Shown here piece after piece: positions 1-7,900 of a stretch of DNA of 26,947 nucleotides. The notes below the pieces were generated by a model, which ran no database searches, was not told the origin of the DNA, and saw only the letters and a list, made by a program, of their open reading frames with translations. The DNA comes from Pseudomonadota bacterium. GTDB lineage: Bacteria; Bdellovibrionota_G; JALEGL01; DATDPG01. Numbering within the stretch: the first letter of the stretch is position 1; the number at the start of each line of letters is the position of its first letter. Made by a program: the position numbers and the translations under genes. The stretch spans positions 1 through 26,947 of the forward strand of contig JAZDIZ010000172.1 of NCBI GenBank assembly GCA_043804515.1. The letters are read 5' to 3'.

Positions 1-1
1 G

Positions 2-220
2 GAAGGCCTCAAGCCCCAAGGATTCAACGTGGGGATGAACCTCGGCGAGGCGGGAGGCGCCGGAATCCGGGATCATCTTCACTATCACGTCGTTCCCCGC
101 TGGAACGGCGATACGAACTACATGCCGGTCATCGGAGAGACCAAGGTCCTTCCGGAATCCTTGGATGAGACGTACTCCCGCTTGGTCGAAGCCCTAGCCC
201 GCCGCGTATCAGGCACCTGA
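2..220 (+). CDS. HIT-family hydrolase (Ap4A phosphorylase-like), 3' part; 5' end outside the window
   Basis: The frame is open from base 2 and reads [43 protein letters not shown]. It has the histidine triad HxHxH and the GFNxGxNxGxxxGAG and PRWxGDTNxM motifs. Confidence 0.9.
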   Translation, partial: EGLKPQGFNVGMNLGEAGGAGIRDHLHYHVVPRWNGDTNYMPVIGETKVLPESLDETYSRLVEALARRVSGT

Positions 221-377
221 TCAAAAGGATTAAGGGTTAACTCTTAAACGTAGGGCCGTCCCCCCGATGCCGCGGTATGCGCACCACAGCTGAGGTTTCG
301 CCACGGCCTCTTCCGTAGGTCGTTCGACATTAGTCAATAATTTTCGATAGTTACAACGCGCAATTCTTGATTCCAGG

Positions 378-393
378 TGGTATGGAACTTGCT
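378..393 (+). promoter_or_regulatory. Putative sigma54 (-24/-12) promoter
   Basis: TGGTATGGAACTTGCT has exact GG-N10-GC spacing and TTGCT at -12. An AT-rich tract (about 330-353) lies upstream, and the site is about 115 bp before the ATG at 510. Confidence 0.55.
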
Positions 394-449
394 GAATCCT
401 TTAGGAGAAGGCCGGAAAGCGGCTGGGCGACGCCCCCGCATTAGACGCC

Positions 450-478
450 TTGCGTAAATTAACGCGAAGTGTTATACG
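450..478 (+). promoter_or_regulatory. Putative sigma70 promoter
   Basis: TTGCGT (450-455) - 17 bp - TATACG (473-478), with an extended -10 TG at 470-471, about 30 bp before the ATG at 510. Confidence 0.4.
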
Positions 479-509
479 CCGGCCCAGAACAGATTAGGCG
501 AGGCATATT

Positions 510-1769
510 ATGAAGTTGAATATACTTACCGGTCTCTTTCTCGCGTTTGCGGCTTCGGTCGCTTTCGCCCAACCCCCGGAGGAGGTTCCTCCCCCGCCCG
601 AGGCTCCGGGCACCGAGGTAATCACCCCGCTGGCTCCTGCGCTCGAACCGGTGGCCGCCCCGGCGCTTGCCCCGATTCCCGTGGCCGAACCGGTGGCCCC
701 GGCTCCGGCGAAGCCTGTCGAGGATCAACGAATCAAGGGGTTAACCCTCTCTCCCGCAGTGGGTTTCTTTCCCTTTGGCTACGACACCATCGATATCACC
801 GGTGATCCTGAAGGCGCCCGGTACTTCTTCGAGCTCGCTCCTCAAGTCAGTATGACCACCTCTTTTAAGACGGACTCGGACAAGACAATCGATTTCTCCG
901 GAAGTTATGAGTTCGATTGGCGCGAATACTACAACAAGGCCACAACCCGACGTGACTTCCTGAACGAAGTCGTCGTCAGCGCGTCCGTTAAGTGGAATCC
1001 CTTGATCTCGACGAGCGCCAATTTGCTCTTCGATTATTTTTTCAAGAGCGGGACGGACGAGAGCGCCGACAACAATATTTACGTGCAGTCCGACCCGGCC
1101 CTGAAGTTCACGGTCAACGATCAACTCAACTTCAAGCTCGGCTATCAACTGGCGTATGTGAATCTCATCGACAAGGAAGTCTCAGCAAGCGGCCTGGATC
1201 AAGCTTCGGATGCTCCTTCGGACCTGGATGAGATCGAGCGCGGAAGCTACACGTCCACGGCCACAGGGTTCGACAATTGGACCGCGCCTTCGCAAGACTT
1301 GTTTCCTGGTTCGGCGACCACGGCCGCGCCGCAAGCCTCCCATTCCCAGGGTATGCTCTATAACCGATTGGTCCTCGGCACGGGCTACACGCCGATCAAG
1401 GGAACGACGCTGGGTTTCGACTACCGGTATGGGTTTCTCTCGGTCAGCAACAACGACAACGAAGAACTGAAATGGGAACATTATTTTATCCCGAAGATCA
1501 CCCAGGCTCTGCCTTGGGCGGGGGGCACGATCGCCCTCACCGACGAACTTCGACTCCGCAAGTACAAATTCAGAACCGCCGCCTCGGATCCTTCGGCGCT
1601 TCGTCAGAAGTTCCGAAATCGCATTACGCTTGCGATCGATCAGGACATCAACTCTTATATGGCCTTCGCGGCTTGGTATCGCTTCGAGCTGGGCGGATCG
1701 AACGACGATAACTACGACCAGCTCGAAAAATACAACAAGGCATATATGGGGATCGTCTTTAAGTTTTAA
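510..1769 (+). CDS. Probable outer-membrane beta-barrel protein, uncharacterised
   Basis: 419 aa. Sec signal peptide (MKLNIL...SVAFA/Q), Pro/Ala-rich N-terminal linker, many amphipathic aromatic-rich strands and a C-terminal BAM-type signature (YMGIVFKF). Confidence 0.75.
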   Translation: MKLNILTGLFLAFAASVAFAQPPEEVPPPPEAPGTEVITPLAPALEPVAAPALAPIPVAEPVAPAPAKPVEDQRIKGLTLSPAVGFFPFGYDTIDITGDPEGARYFFELAPQVSMTTSFKTDSDKTIDFSGSYEFDWREYYNKATTRRDFLNEVVVSASVKWNPLISTSANLLFDYFFKSGTDESADNNIYVQSDPALKFTVNDQLNFKLGYQLAYVNLIDKEVSASGLDQASDAPSDLDEIERGSYTSTATGFDNWTAPSQDLFPGSATTAAPQASHSQGMLYNRLVLGTGYTPIKGTTLGFDYRYGFLSVSNNDNEELKWEHYFIPKITQALPWAGGTIALTDELRLRKYKFRTAASDPSALRQKFRNRITLAIDQDINSYMAFAAWYRFELGGSNDDNYDQLEKYNKAYMGIVFKF

Positions 1770-1780
1770 GGAGCGCGATG

Positions 1781-2860
1781 ATGAATACATCAAAATTGAG
1801 GACCGCGGGTTTGATCGGGCTCGCCCTTCTGACGGGAGCCTGTGCCCAGCTCAAGAACAAGCCGTCCGCCAAAGTCTCAACGGAACATCTCATGATTTCC
1901 GGCGGGGACTGCACTCCCCCTCCGGCCTGGGATCTTTCCGGAAAAGACGATGTTCGCGGCATGATCAGCGCCCAAATCGTCACGAACTACCCGCGCAACG
2001 GGGCCGTAAATGTAAGCGCGAAGGCCGTCGTGACCGCCGAGGTCGCCAAGGTCAATCCCAGAAGTCTGATCGGGGAGAGCGACCGGAGCCGGCAGGCTCT
2101 TGCCAAAATGAAGACCAAGGATTTCGGTCCCTCGCTGGCGATGTATCTTTCGCAGAGGCCCGTGACCGTTGAGGGGTATCACAAGCTCACGAGCGCGCAG
2201 GGGCGCCTCATCAGGCTTCAACAGGATCAGAGCGTCATGAAATCCGCCGTGGACTCGAAACCGATACGGGTTACCCTGCTCAAGGGATCGCACGGGGAGT
2301 ATGTTTCCGCGGCCGCGCTTGAAAATATGGCAGGAACCGTGCAGAGCGCCACAGGAGAAGCCCCGGCGGAAGGACAGGCTCAAATCACGGCGTCCGGTGC
2401 GCGATCCGTCCGCTCATTCATCGTGGCGGGTTCCTCGGACACGGACATGTCCCAGGCCATATCGGTGCCCGCCAGCCCCGAGCCCGCCGGTGGTTCCGTG
2501 CCCAGCCCTGACGTCGTATCTGGAACGGACATCGAGCTTCCGGTGGCACCCGATCCGGACGTTCCCTCAGGCGTGACTCCTTTCCTGGTGGCCTATTTCC
2601 AGGACCGCGCGACGCGAACTCACAAGGCCGTTTGCGTATCGGACAAGACGACGGACACGATTAAGATCCCGACATCCTGGAAAGACGCCAAAGACAAGGA
2701 ACAGAATATCATCGAGGGCATGCAGGAATTGGCCGTTTTCCGGGGATACCTCACGACTACGGCCATGGATGACGATGCCAAGGGAAACCTGTACGTCGAA
2801 ACCCGCGCCGGGTATCTCACGTACCTCGAAATCAAACCCAAGCCCAAAGAATCGAAATAA
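1781..2860 (+). CDS. Lipoprotein, uncharacterised
   Basis: Basic N-terminus, hydrophobic stretch and lipobox LTGA/C. The RBS AGGAG at 1769-1773 favours ATG 1781 (alternative 1778). It starts about 10 bp after the barrel gene stop. Confidence 0.75.
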   Translation: MNTSKLRTAGLIGLALLTGACAQLKNKPSAKVSTEHLMISGGDCTPPPAWDLSGKDDVRGMISAQIVTNYPRNGAVNVSAKAVVTAEVAKVNPRSLIGESDRSRQALAKMKTKDFGPSLAMYLSQRPVTVEGYHKLTSAQGRLIRLQQDQSVMKSAVDSKPIRVTLLKGSHGEYVSAAALENMAGTVQSATGEAPAEGQAQITASGARSVRSFIVAGSSDTDMSQAISVPASPEPAGGSVPSPDVVSGTDIELPVAPDPDVPSGVTPFLVAYFQDRATRTHKAVCVSDKTTDTIKIPTSWKDAKDKEQNIIEGMQELAVFRGYLTTTAMDDDAKGNLYVETRAGYLTYLEIKPKPKESK

Positions 2861-2899
2861 TTTCAGCGGGTTAGAACCGGACCCCGTCGTTTCTGCGCC

Positions 2900-2927
2900 T
2901 TGACACGCCGGAGGCGGTCTATATATT
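2900..2927 (+). promoter_or_regulatory. Putative sigma70 promoter of the yceD-rpmF-fab operon
   Basis: TTGACA (2900-2905) - 16 bp - TATATT (2922-2927), 12 bp before ATG 2940. Confidence 0.55.
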
Positions 2928-2939
2928 GCCTCGCTCTTT

Positions 2940-3437
2940 ATGATCGTCCGACTCCGCAGCATACCCCAGGAGGGGATGGACCTGTCGTTCGTAATCCCGC
3001 CCGACCAGGTGAGAAACGGATTCCCGGAGGATGACGAGACGAGGGAGTATTTCGCCCAGGAGGTTTCCTGCCAGGTCCACCTGGACCTGAACCGCAAAGA
3101 TGTCTTTCTTACGGGGAACGCCGGGACTTCCATGCACCCGGTATGCGCTCGCTGCGGCGAGGCGTACGAGAGCACCCTGAGCGTGGAACTGGAGCTCACG
3201 TGCAGCCCCGCCGCGAAAGTCCCCCACGGAGCCGACGTGATCCAGGAATCGGACGAGGGCGTCATCTTCTACCGGAAGGACGCGCTGGATCTATCCGAAA
3301 TCGTCCGCGAGCAGCTTTTGCTTTCGCTTCCCATAAGGTATTTGTGCGACCCCGACTGCAAGGGGCTCTGCCTCCATTGCGGTGCCAACTTGAACGAAGG
3401 GCAACATGACTGTAAAAAGCATGCGCCCGTGAATTAA
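2940..3437 (+). CDS. yceD: YceD/DUF177 family protein
   Basis: CARC motif, LDLSEIVREQLLLSLP, LCDPDCKGLCLHCGANLN motif; immediately upstream of rpmF, the conserved position. Confidence 0.93.
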   Translation: MIVRLRSIPQEGMDLSFVIPPDQVRNGFPEDDETREYFAQEVSCQVHLDLNRKDVFLTGNAGTSMHPVCARCGEAYESTLSVELELTCSPAAKVPHGADVIQESDEGVIFYRKDALDLSEIVREQLLLSLPIRYLCDPDCKGLCLHCGANLNEGQHDCKKHAPVN

Positions 3438-3449
3438 AGGAGTGTTCCG

Positions 3450-3635
3450 ATGCCGGCCCCAAAACGAAAAGTGTCCCGAAAACGCCGCGACCAAGGGCGA
3501 GCTCATAAGAAATATGTGGTCCCCCAACACATCCGGACGTGTCCCCAGTGCGGAGAACCCACGCAACAGCACCGTGTGTGCGTCAAGTGCGGTTATTTCC
3601 GCGGGAAAGAAATCATCGAGATCCCCCTGGAGTAA
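3450..3635 (+). CDS. rpmF: 50S ribosomal protein L32 (four-Cys, zinc-binding type)
   Basis: MPAPKRKVSRKRRD...CPQCGE...HRVCVKCGYFRGKEI; RBS AAGGAG upstream. Confidence 0.95.
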   Translation: MPAPKRKVSRKRRDQGRAHKKYVVPQHIRTCPQCGEPTQQHRVCVKCGYFRGKEIIEIPLE

Positions 3636-3638
3636 GCC

Positions 3639-4397
3639 ATGGAAAATCCAAATCGCCGTGTAGCGGTCGTTACGGGGGCTTCCCGGGGCATCGGCCGCGC
3701 CATCGCTCTGGCGCTCGCAGGGCCCGACATCTTCGTCTACGTGAACGACCGGCCGACGCCGGAGGAAACCGAGTTGGCCAAGAAGGTGGTGGCCGAGATC
3801 CGGGCCAAAGGGGCGCAAGCCCAGGAACTCATGTTCGACATCACGAACACCGAAGCCGTGGATCAGGCGTTCGATACCATCGCCAAGGAGCAGGGCGGCG
3901 TCGACGTCCTCGTGAACAACGCGGGGATCGCGATCGACAACCTTGTTTTGCGGATCAAGGAATCGGATTGGCAAAAGGTGATCGACGTGAATCTCAAGGG
4001 CGCCTTTTTCTGCACGAAGGCGGCGCTCAAAACGATGATGCGGCGCCAGAACCACGGCCGGATCGTTTCGATTTCGTCCGTCGTGGGCCAAATGGGCAAC
4101 GCGGGACAGTCCGTCTATGCGGCCTCCAAAGCGGGACTGATCGGGATCACGAAATCCGTGGCCCGGGAGGTAGCAGCCCGGAAGATCACGGTTAACGCCG
4201 TGGCCCCCGGTTTTGTCCGCACGGCGATGACAGATCGCTTGACGGATGAGCAGAAGGAGGCTTTCTTAAAGGCCGTTCCTTTGGGACGGTGGGCCGAGCC
4301 CGAAGAAGTGGCCCACGTGGTTTGTTTTTTGGTTTCCGAGAAGGCCTCGTATATCACGGGGCAAGTGATCGCCGTGAACGGCGGTTTGTATCTTTAA
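3639..4397 (+). CDS. fabG: 3-oxoacyl-ACP reductase
   Basis: SDR motifs TGASRGIG, NNAGI, SSVVG..GNAGQ..YAASKAG and VNAVAPGF; directly upstream of acpP. Confidence 0.95.
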   Translation: MENPNRRVAVVTGASRGIGRAIALALAGPDIFVYVNDRPTPEETELAKKVVAEIRAKGAQAQELMFDITNTEAVDQAFDTIAKEQGGVDVLVNNAGIAIDNLVLRIKESDWQKVIDVNLKGAFFCTKAALKTMMRRQNHGRIVSISSVVGQMGNAGQSVYAASKAGLIGITKSVAREVAARKITVNAVAPGFVRTAMTDRLTDEQKEAFLKAVPLGRWAEPEEVAHVVCFLVSEKASYITGQVIAVNGGLYL

Positions 4398-4410
4398 AGG
4401 GAGGTAAATG

Positions 4411-4641
4411 ATGTCCGTTGACAACAAAGTGAAAGAGATCATCGCCGAGCAACTGAATGTCGAAATAGCTCAACTCGAATCCTCCAAGTCGTTCCTTAAC
4501 GATCTCGGCGCGGACTCTCTGGATATCGTCGAACTCGTGATGGCCATGGAAGAGGAGTTCGACATCGAAATCCCCGACGAGGATGCGGAGAAGATCCAGA
4601 CCGTCGGCGACGCGATCAAGTACATTTCCGAGCACACATAA
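4411..4641 (+). CDS. acpP: Acyl carrier protein
   Basis: [20 protein letters not shown] phosphopantetheine site. RBS GGAGGT at 4400-4405 favours ATG 4411 (alternative 4408). Confidence 0.97.
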   Translation: MSVDNKVKEIIAEQLNVEIAQLESSKSFLNDLGADSLDIVELVMAMEEEFDIEIPDEDAEKIQTVGDAIKYISEHT

Positions 4642-4662
4642 ATCCCTCCGCGAAGGAGTCTC

Positions 4663-5913
4663 ATGCCTAGGGACCGACAACGCCGCGTAGTGGTGACAGG
4701 CCTGGGTCTTGTCACCCCCATCGGAATTGGAATCGAGGACAACTGGAATTCGCTCATGGAAGGGCGTTCCGGGGTGGGCCTGATCACCCGATTCGACACG
4801 ACCGATTACGCCGTGAAGATCGCCGCGGAGGTGAAGAACTTCAACGCGGAATCGTTCATCGACAAAAAAGACCTGAAGCAGATGGATCTCTTCATCCATT
4901 ATGCCGTAGCGGCGGGGAAGATGGCCTACAAGGACTCCGGTCTCGAAATCAACGAGAAGAACGCGGAGCGCGTGGGCGTGTTGGTCGGAGCGGGCTTGGG
5001 GGGGTTGCCCGAGATCGAGGCGACGCACAAGGACCTTCTGGAAAAAGGCCCCAAGCGCGTGTCCCCCTTCTTCATCCCGAGGTTGATCGCGAACCTGGCT
5101 CCCGGCCAAATCTCGATCGCCCTGGGGGCGAAAGGCCCCAATTCCTGCACGGTGACCGCGTGCGCCACGGGAGCCCACTGCATCGGAGACGCCGCCAAGA
5201 TTATCGAACGCGATGACGCCGACGCCATGATCGCCGGCGGAACGGAGGCCACGATCACGCCCCTTTGCGTCGCCGGGTTCACGTCCATGCGGGCGCTTTC
5301 CCGCCGGAACGAGGAACCCACGCGGGCCAGCCGCCCCTTCGACAAGGACAGGGACGGGTTCGTCGTGGGTGAAGGCGCCGGAATCGCCGTACTGGAGGAA
5401 CTGGAGTTCGCCAAGAAACGGGGCGCCCGGATCTACGCCGAATTGGTCGGATACGGCATGTCCGGCGACGCGTACCACGTAACCGCCCCGGCTCCCGATG
5501 GGGAGGGCGCGCAGCGGTGCATGCGGGCGGCGCTTCGCGACGCCGGGTTGAACCCGGAAGACGTCGGCTACATCAACGCCCACGGAACGTCGACGGAGTA
5601 CAACGACTGGTACGAGACCACGGCGGTGAAAAAAGTGTTCGGTGAACACGCCCGTAAACTCAAGATGAGTTCCACCAAGTCCATGACGGGCCACATTCTG
5701 GGTGGCGCGGGCGGCGTAGAGGCCGCGTACTCCGTGCTGGCCCTACACCGGAACGTTCTTCCCCCGACGATCAACTACGAAACCCCGGACCCCAACTGTG
5801 ATTTGGATTACGTCCCGAACAAGCCCCAGGAAAGCCGCGTCCGATCGGCGATGTCCAATTCGTTCGGGTTCGGCGGTACGAACGCCACGCTCATTTTTTC
5901 AAGGCTTTCATGA
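4663..5913 (+). CDS. fabF: 3-oxoacyl-ACP synthase II
   Basis: [17 protein letters not shown] (catalytic Cys), [17 protein letters not shown] and [10 protein letters not shown]. Confidence 0.97.
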   Translation: MPRDRQRRVVVTGLGLVTPIGIGIEDNWNSLMEGRSGVGLITRFDTTDYAVKIAAEVKNFNAESFIDKKDLKQMDLFIHYAVAAGKMAYKDSGLEINEKNAERVGVLVGAGLGGLPEIEATHKDLLEKGPKRVSPFFIPRLIANLAPGQISIALGAKGPNSCTVTACATGAHCIGDAAKIIERDDADAMIAGGTEATITPLCVAGFTSMRALSRRNEEPTRASRPFDKDRDGFVVGEGAGIAVLEELEFAKKRGARIYAELVGYGMSGDAYHVTAPAPDGEGAQRCMRAALRDAGLNPEDVGYINAHGTSTEYNDWYETTAVKKVFGEHARKLKMSSTKSMTGHILGGAGGVEAAYSVLALHRNVLPPTINYETPDPNCDLDYVPNKPQESRVRSAMSNSFGFGGTNATLIFSRLS

Positions 5914-5933
5914 CCGAACCGTGGGAGCGGCCC

Positions 5934-6416
5934 ATGCGACGGGTCGCCATCGGAAGCGACCACGCCGGATTCAAGATCAAACAGGCTCTGGTGGAACACC
6001 TTCGGTCCGAAGGAATCGAGGCCGTGGACGTCGGGACCCATTCCACGGAATCGGTGGATTTCCCCGATTTCGGAGAGCGCGTGGCCCGGATGGTTTCCCA
6101 GGGGAAGATCAAAGAGGGAATCCTGGTCTGCGGCACGGGAATCGGCATGTCGATCGTGGCGAATAAGTTTCCCGGCGTACGGGCCGCCGTCGTAACCGAT
6201 TTATTCACGGCCAAATCCTCCAGGGCGCATAACGACTCCAACATTCTTTGCCTGGGCGAGCGCACCACCGACGAGGCCACGGCGAAACAGCTTCTGGACG
6301 TGTGGCTCAACGAACCGTTTGAAGGGGGCCGCCACGAGCGGCGCGTGAACAAGATCCGGGAATTGGACAAGGCGATTGTGCCGCTTCCGGAAAAGACCGA
6401 GGAACCCAAACCATGA
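5934..6416 (+). CDS. rpiB: Ribose-5-phosphate isomerase B
   Basis: [29 protein letters not shown] and [18 protein letters not shown] favours ATG 5934; the alternative ATG 5910 overlaps the fabF stop. Confidence 0.95.
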   Translation: MRRVAIGSDHAGFKIKQALVEHLRSEGIEAVDVGTHSTESVDFPDFGERVARMVSQGKIKEGILVCGTGIGMSIVANKFPGVRAAVVTDLFTAKSSRAHNDSNILCLGERTTDEATAKQLLDVWLNEPFEGGRHERRVNKIRELDKAIVPLPEKTEEPKP

Positions 6417-7669
6417 GCCATCATCACCTGAAAAACGTCGACCCGGAGATCTTCGGGGTCATCCAGGCCGAGATACGGCGCCAATCCGACCATCTGGAAA
6501 TGATCGCCTCCGAGAATTTCGTGAGCGAAGCGGTTCTGGAGGCGATGGGTTCCGTTCTGACGAACAAGTACGCCGAGGGGTATCCGGGAAAGCGTTACTA
6601 CAGCGGCTGTGAGTTCGTGGACCAGGCCGAAACCCTGGCCGCCGAGCGGGCGAAAAAACTTTTCGGAGCGTTCTACGCCAACGTCCAGCCTCATTCCGGC
6701 TCGCAGGCCAACATGGGCGTTTATTTCTCCGTGTTGAAGCCCGGCGACCGGATTCTTTCTATGAACCTCGCCCACGGCGGGCATCTGACGCACGGAAGCC
6801 CCGTGAATTTTTCCGGCATTTTCTATGAAGTCGTGCCGTACGGCGTACGGCGGGAAGACGGGCGGATCGACTACGACGAGGTCGAAAGGCTGGCACAGGA
6901 GAAGAAACCCAGGATGATCGTCTGCGGCGCCAGCGCCTACCCGCGACAGATCGATTTCGCCCGGTTTCGGAAAATCGCCGACTCGGTCGGGGCGTATCTC
7001 ATGGCCGACATCGCCCATCCGGCGGGCCTCGTGGCCGCCGGCCTTCACCCCAATCCGATGCCGCACTGCCATTTCGTCACGACCACGACACATAAGACCT
7101 TGCGGGGTCCCCGTGGCGGCATGGTTCTCGCGCAAGAGGAAACCTCCAAGGCCGTAGGGAAAACGATGTTTCCCGGAATCCAGGGGGGCCCTCTCTGCCA
7201 CGTCATCGCGGCCAAGGCCGTGGCGTTCAAAGAGGCGCTGGAGCCGGAATTCAAAACATATTCCAAGCAGGTCATTTTGAACGCTCAGGCCCTTGCGAAA
7301 TCCCTGGTCGAACGCGGCTTCATGGTGACGTCCGGCGGCACCGATACGCACCTCATGCTCGTGGATCTTCACAACAAGAACCTGACGGGAAAGGACGCGG
7401 AAATCGCCCTCGAAAAAGCCGGCGTCACCGTGAACAAGAACATGGTGCCGTTCGACGACAAATCCCCGTTCATCACCGGCGGCGTGCGGATCGGAACTCC
7501 GGCGCTCACGACGCGCGGGATGAAGGAAAAGGAAATGCTTCAGATCGGCGAATGGATCGATCGCGTGATTTCAAAATCCGCTGATGAGAACACGCTCAAG
7601 ACCGTCCGCGCCGAGATCGGGAAACTCTGCGAGAAGTTTCCCATCTACCGGGACCTGCTGGTTTCATAA
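6413..7669 (+). CDS. glyA: Serine hydroxymethyltransferase
   Basis: [29 protein letters not shown] and [14 protein letters not shown] (PLP lysine). Confidence 0.98.
   Translation: MSHHHLKNVDPEIFGVIQAEIRRQSDHLEMIASENFVSEAVLEAMGSVLTNKYAEGYPGKRYYSGCEFVDQAETLAAERAKKLFGAFYANVQPHSGSQANMGVYFSVLKPGDRILSMNLAHGGHLTHGSPVNFSGIFYEVVPYGVRREDGRIDYDEVERLAQEKKPRMIVCGASAYPRQIDFARFRKIADSVGAYLMADIAHPAGLVAAGLHPNPMPHCHFVTTTTHKTLRGPRGGMVLAQEETSKAVGKTMFPGIQGGPLCHVIAAKAVAFKEALEPEFKTYSKQVILNAQALAKSLVERGFMVTSGGTDTHLMLVDLHNKNLTGKDAEIALEKAGVTVNKNMVPFDDKSPFITGGVRIGTPALTTRGMKEKEMLQIGEWIDRVISKSADENTLKTVRAEIGKLCEKFPIYRDLLVS
7499..7669 (+). repeat. Direct repeat copy 1: 3' end of the functional glyA
   Basis: Matches 11045-11215 at offset 3546 without gaps; 154 of 171 nt are identical by manual alignment. 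Confidence 0.97.
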
Positions 7670-7670
7670 A

Positions 7671-7694
7671 TCGACCGCGATTCTTCGCGGGCGA
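7671..7694 (+). terminator. Hairpin directly after the glyA stop (possible terminator or 3' stabilising stem)
   Basis: TCGACCGCGA-TTCT-TCGCGGGCGA with 9 of 10 positions paired; no U-tract follows. Confidence 0.35.
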
Positions 7695-7868
7695 ATCCGG
7701 GTACCCATGATCCGGATCCCGGAAACCGGTACCACGATGCACATAACGCGAGCAGGCTGTCGGGGCGCGCAAGTGCTGGTGCGCAGAATTTCGCCGCAAG
7801 CGCGAAGACCAGGAAAGACGCAACCTGCTGTTTTCTTGAGGAAAAAATATGCGATCTCGACGGCCTGA

Positions 7869-7885
7869 TTGGCACCTTGGTTGCA
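7869..7885 (+). promoter_or_regulatory. Sigma54 (-24/-12) promoter
   Basis: TTGGCACCTTGGTTGCA is a full match to TGGCAC-N5-TTGCA. The predicted +1 is about 7896, just before ATG 7901. Confidence 0.75.
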
Positions 7886-7900
7886 GTATTCTCCTCCGAC

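Noticed and set aside
206..218. Exact 13-mer GTATCAGGCACCT shared with 13254-13266
   Set aside because: A few 13-bp matches are expected by chance in 27 kb, so it is not significant without genome-wide counts.
4354..7372. Long antisense ORFs (4354-5694, 5891-7372; likewise 16627-17670, 19770-20933 and others)
   Set aside because: These are shadow frames opposite well-identified genes, as expected from high-GC codon bias.
7759..7820. Hammerhead ribozyme or ZTP riboswitch in the post-glyA structure
   Set aside because: CTGGTGC replaces the required CTGANGA and GAAA is not followed by the correct stem III pairing. The ZTP motifs (GACTGGCG, CGCCTGGGC) are absent.
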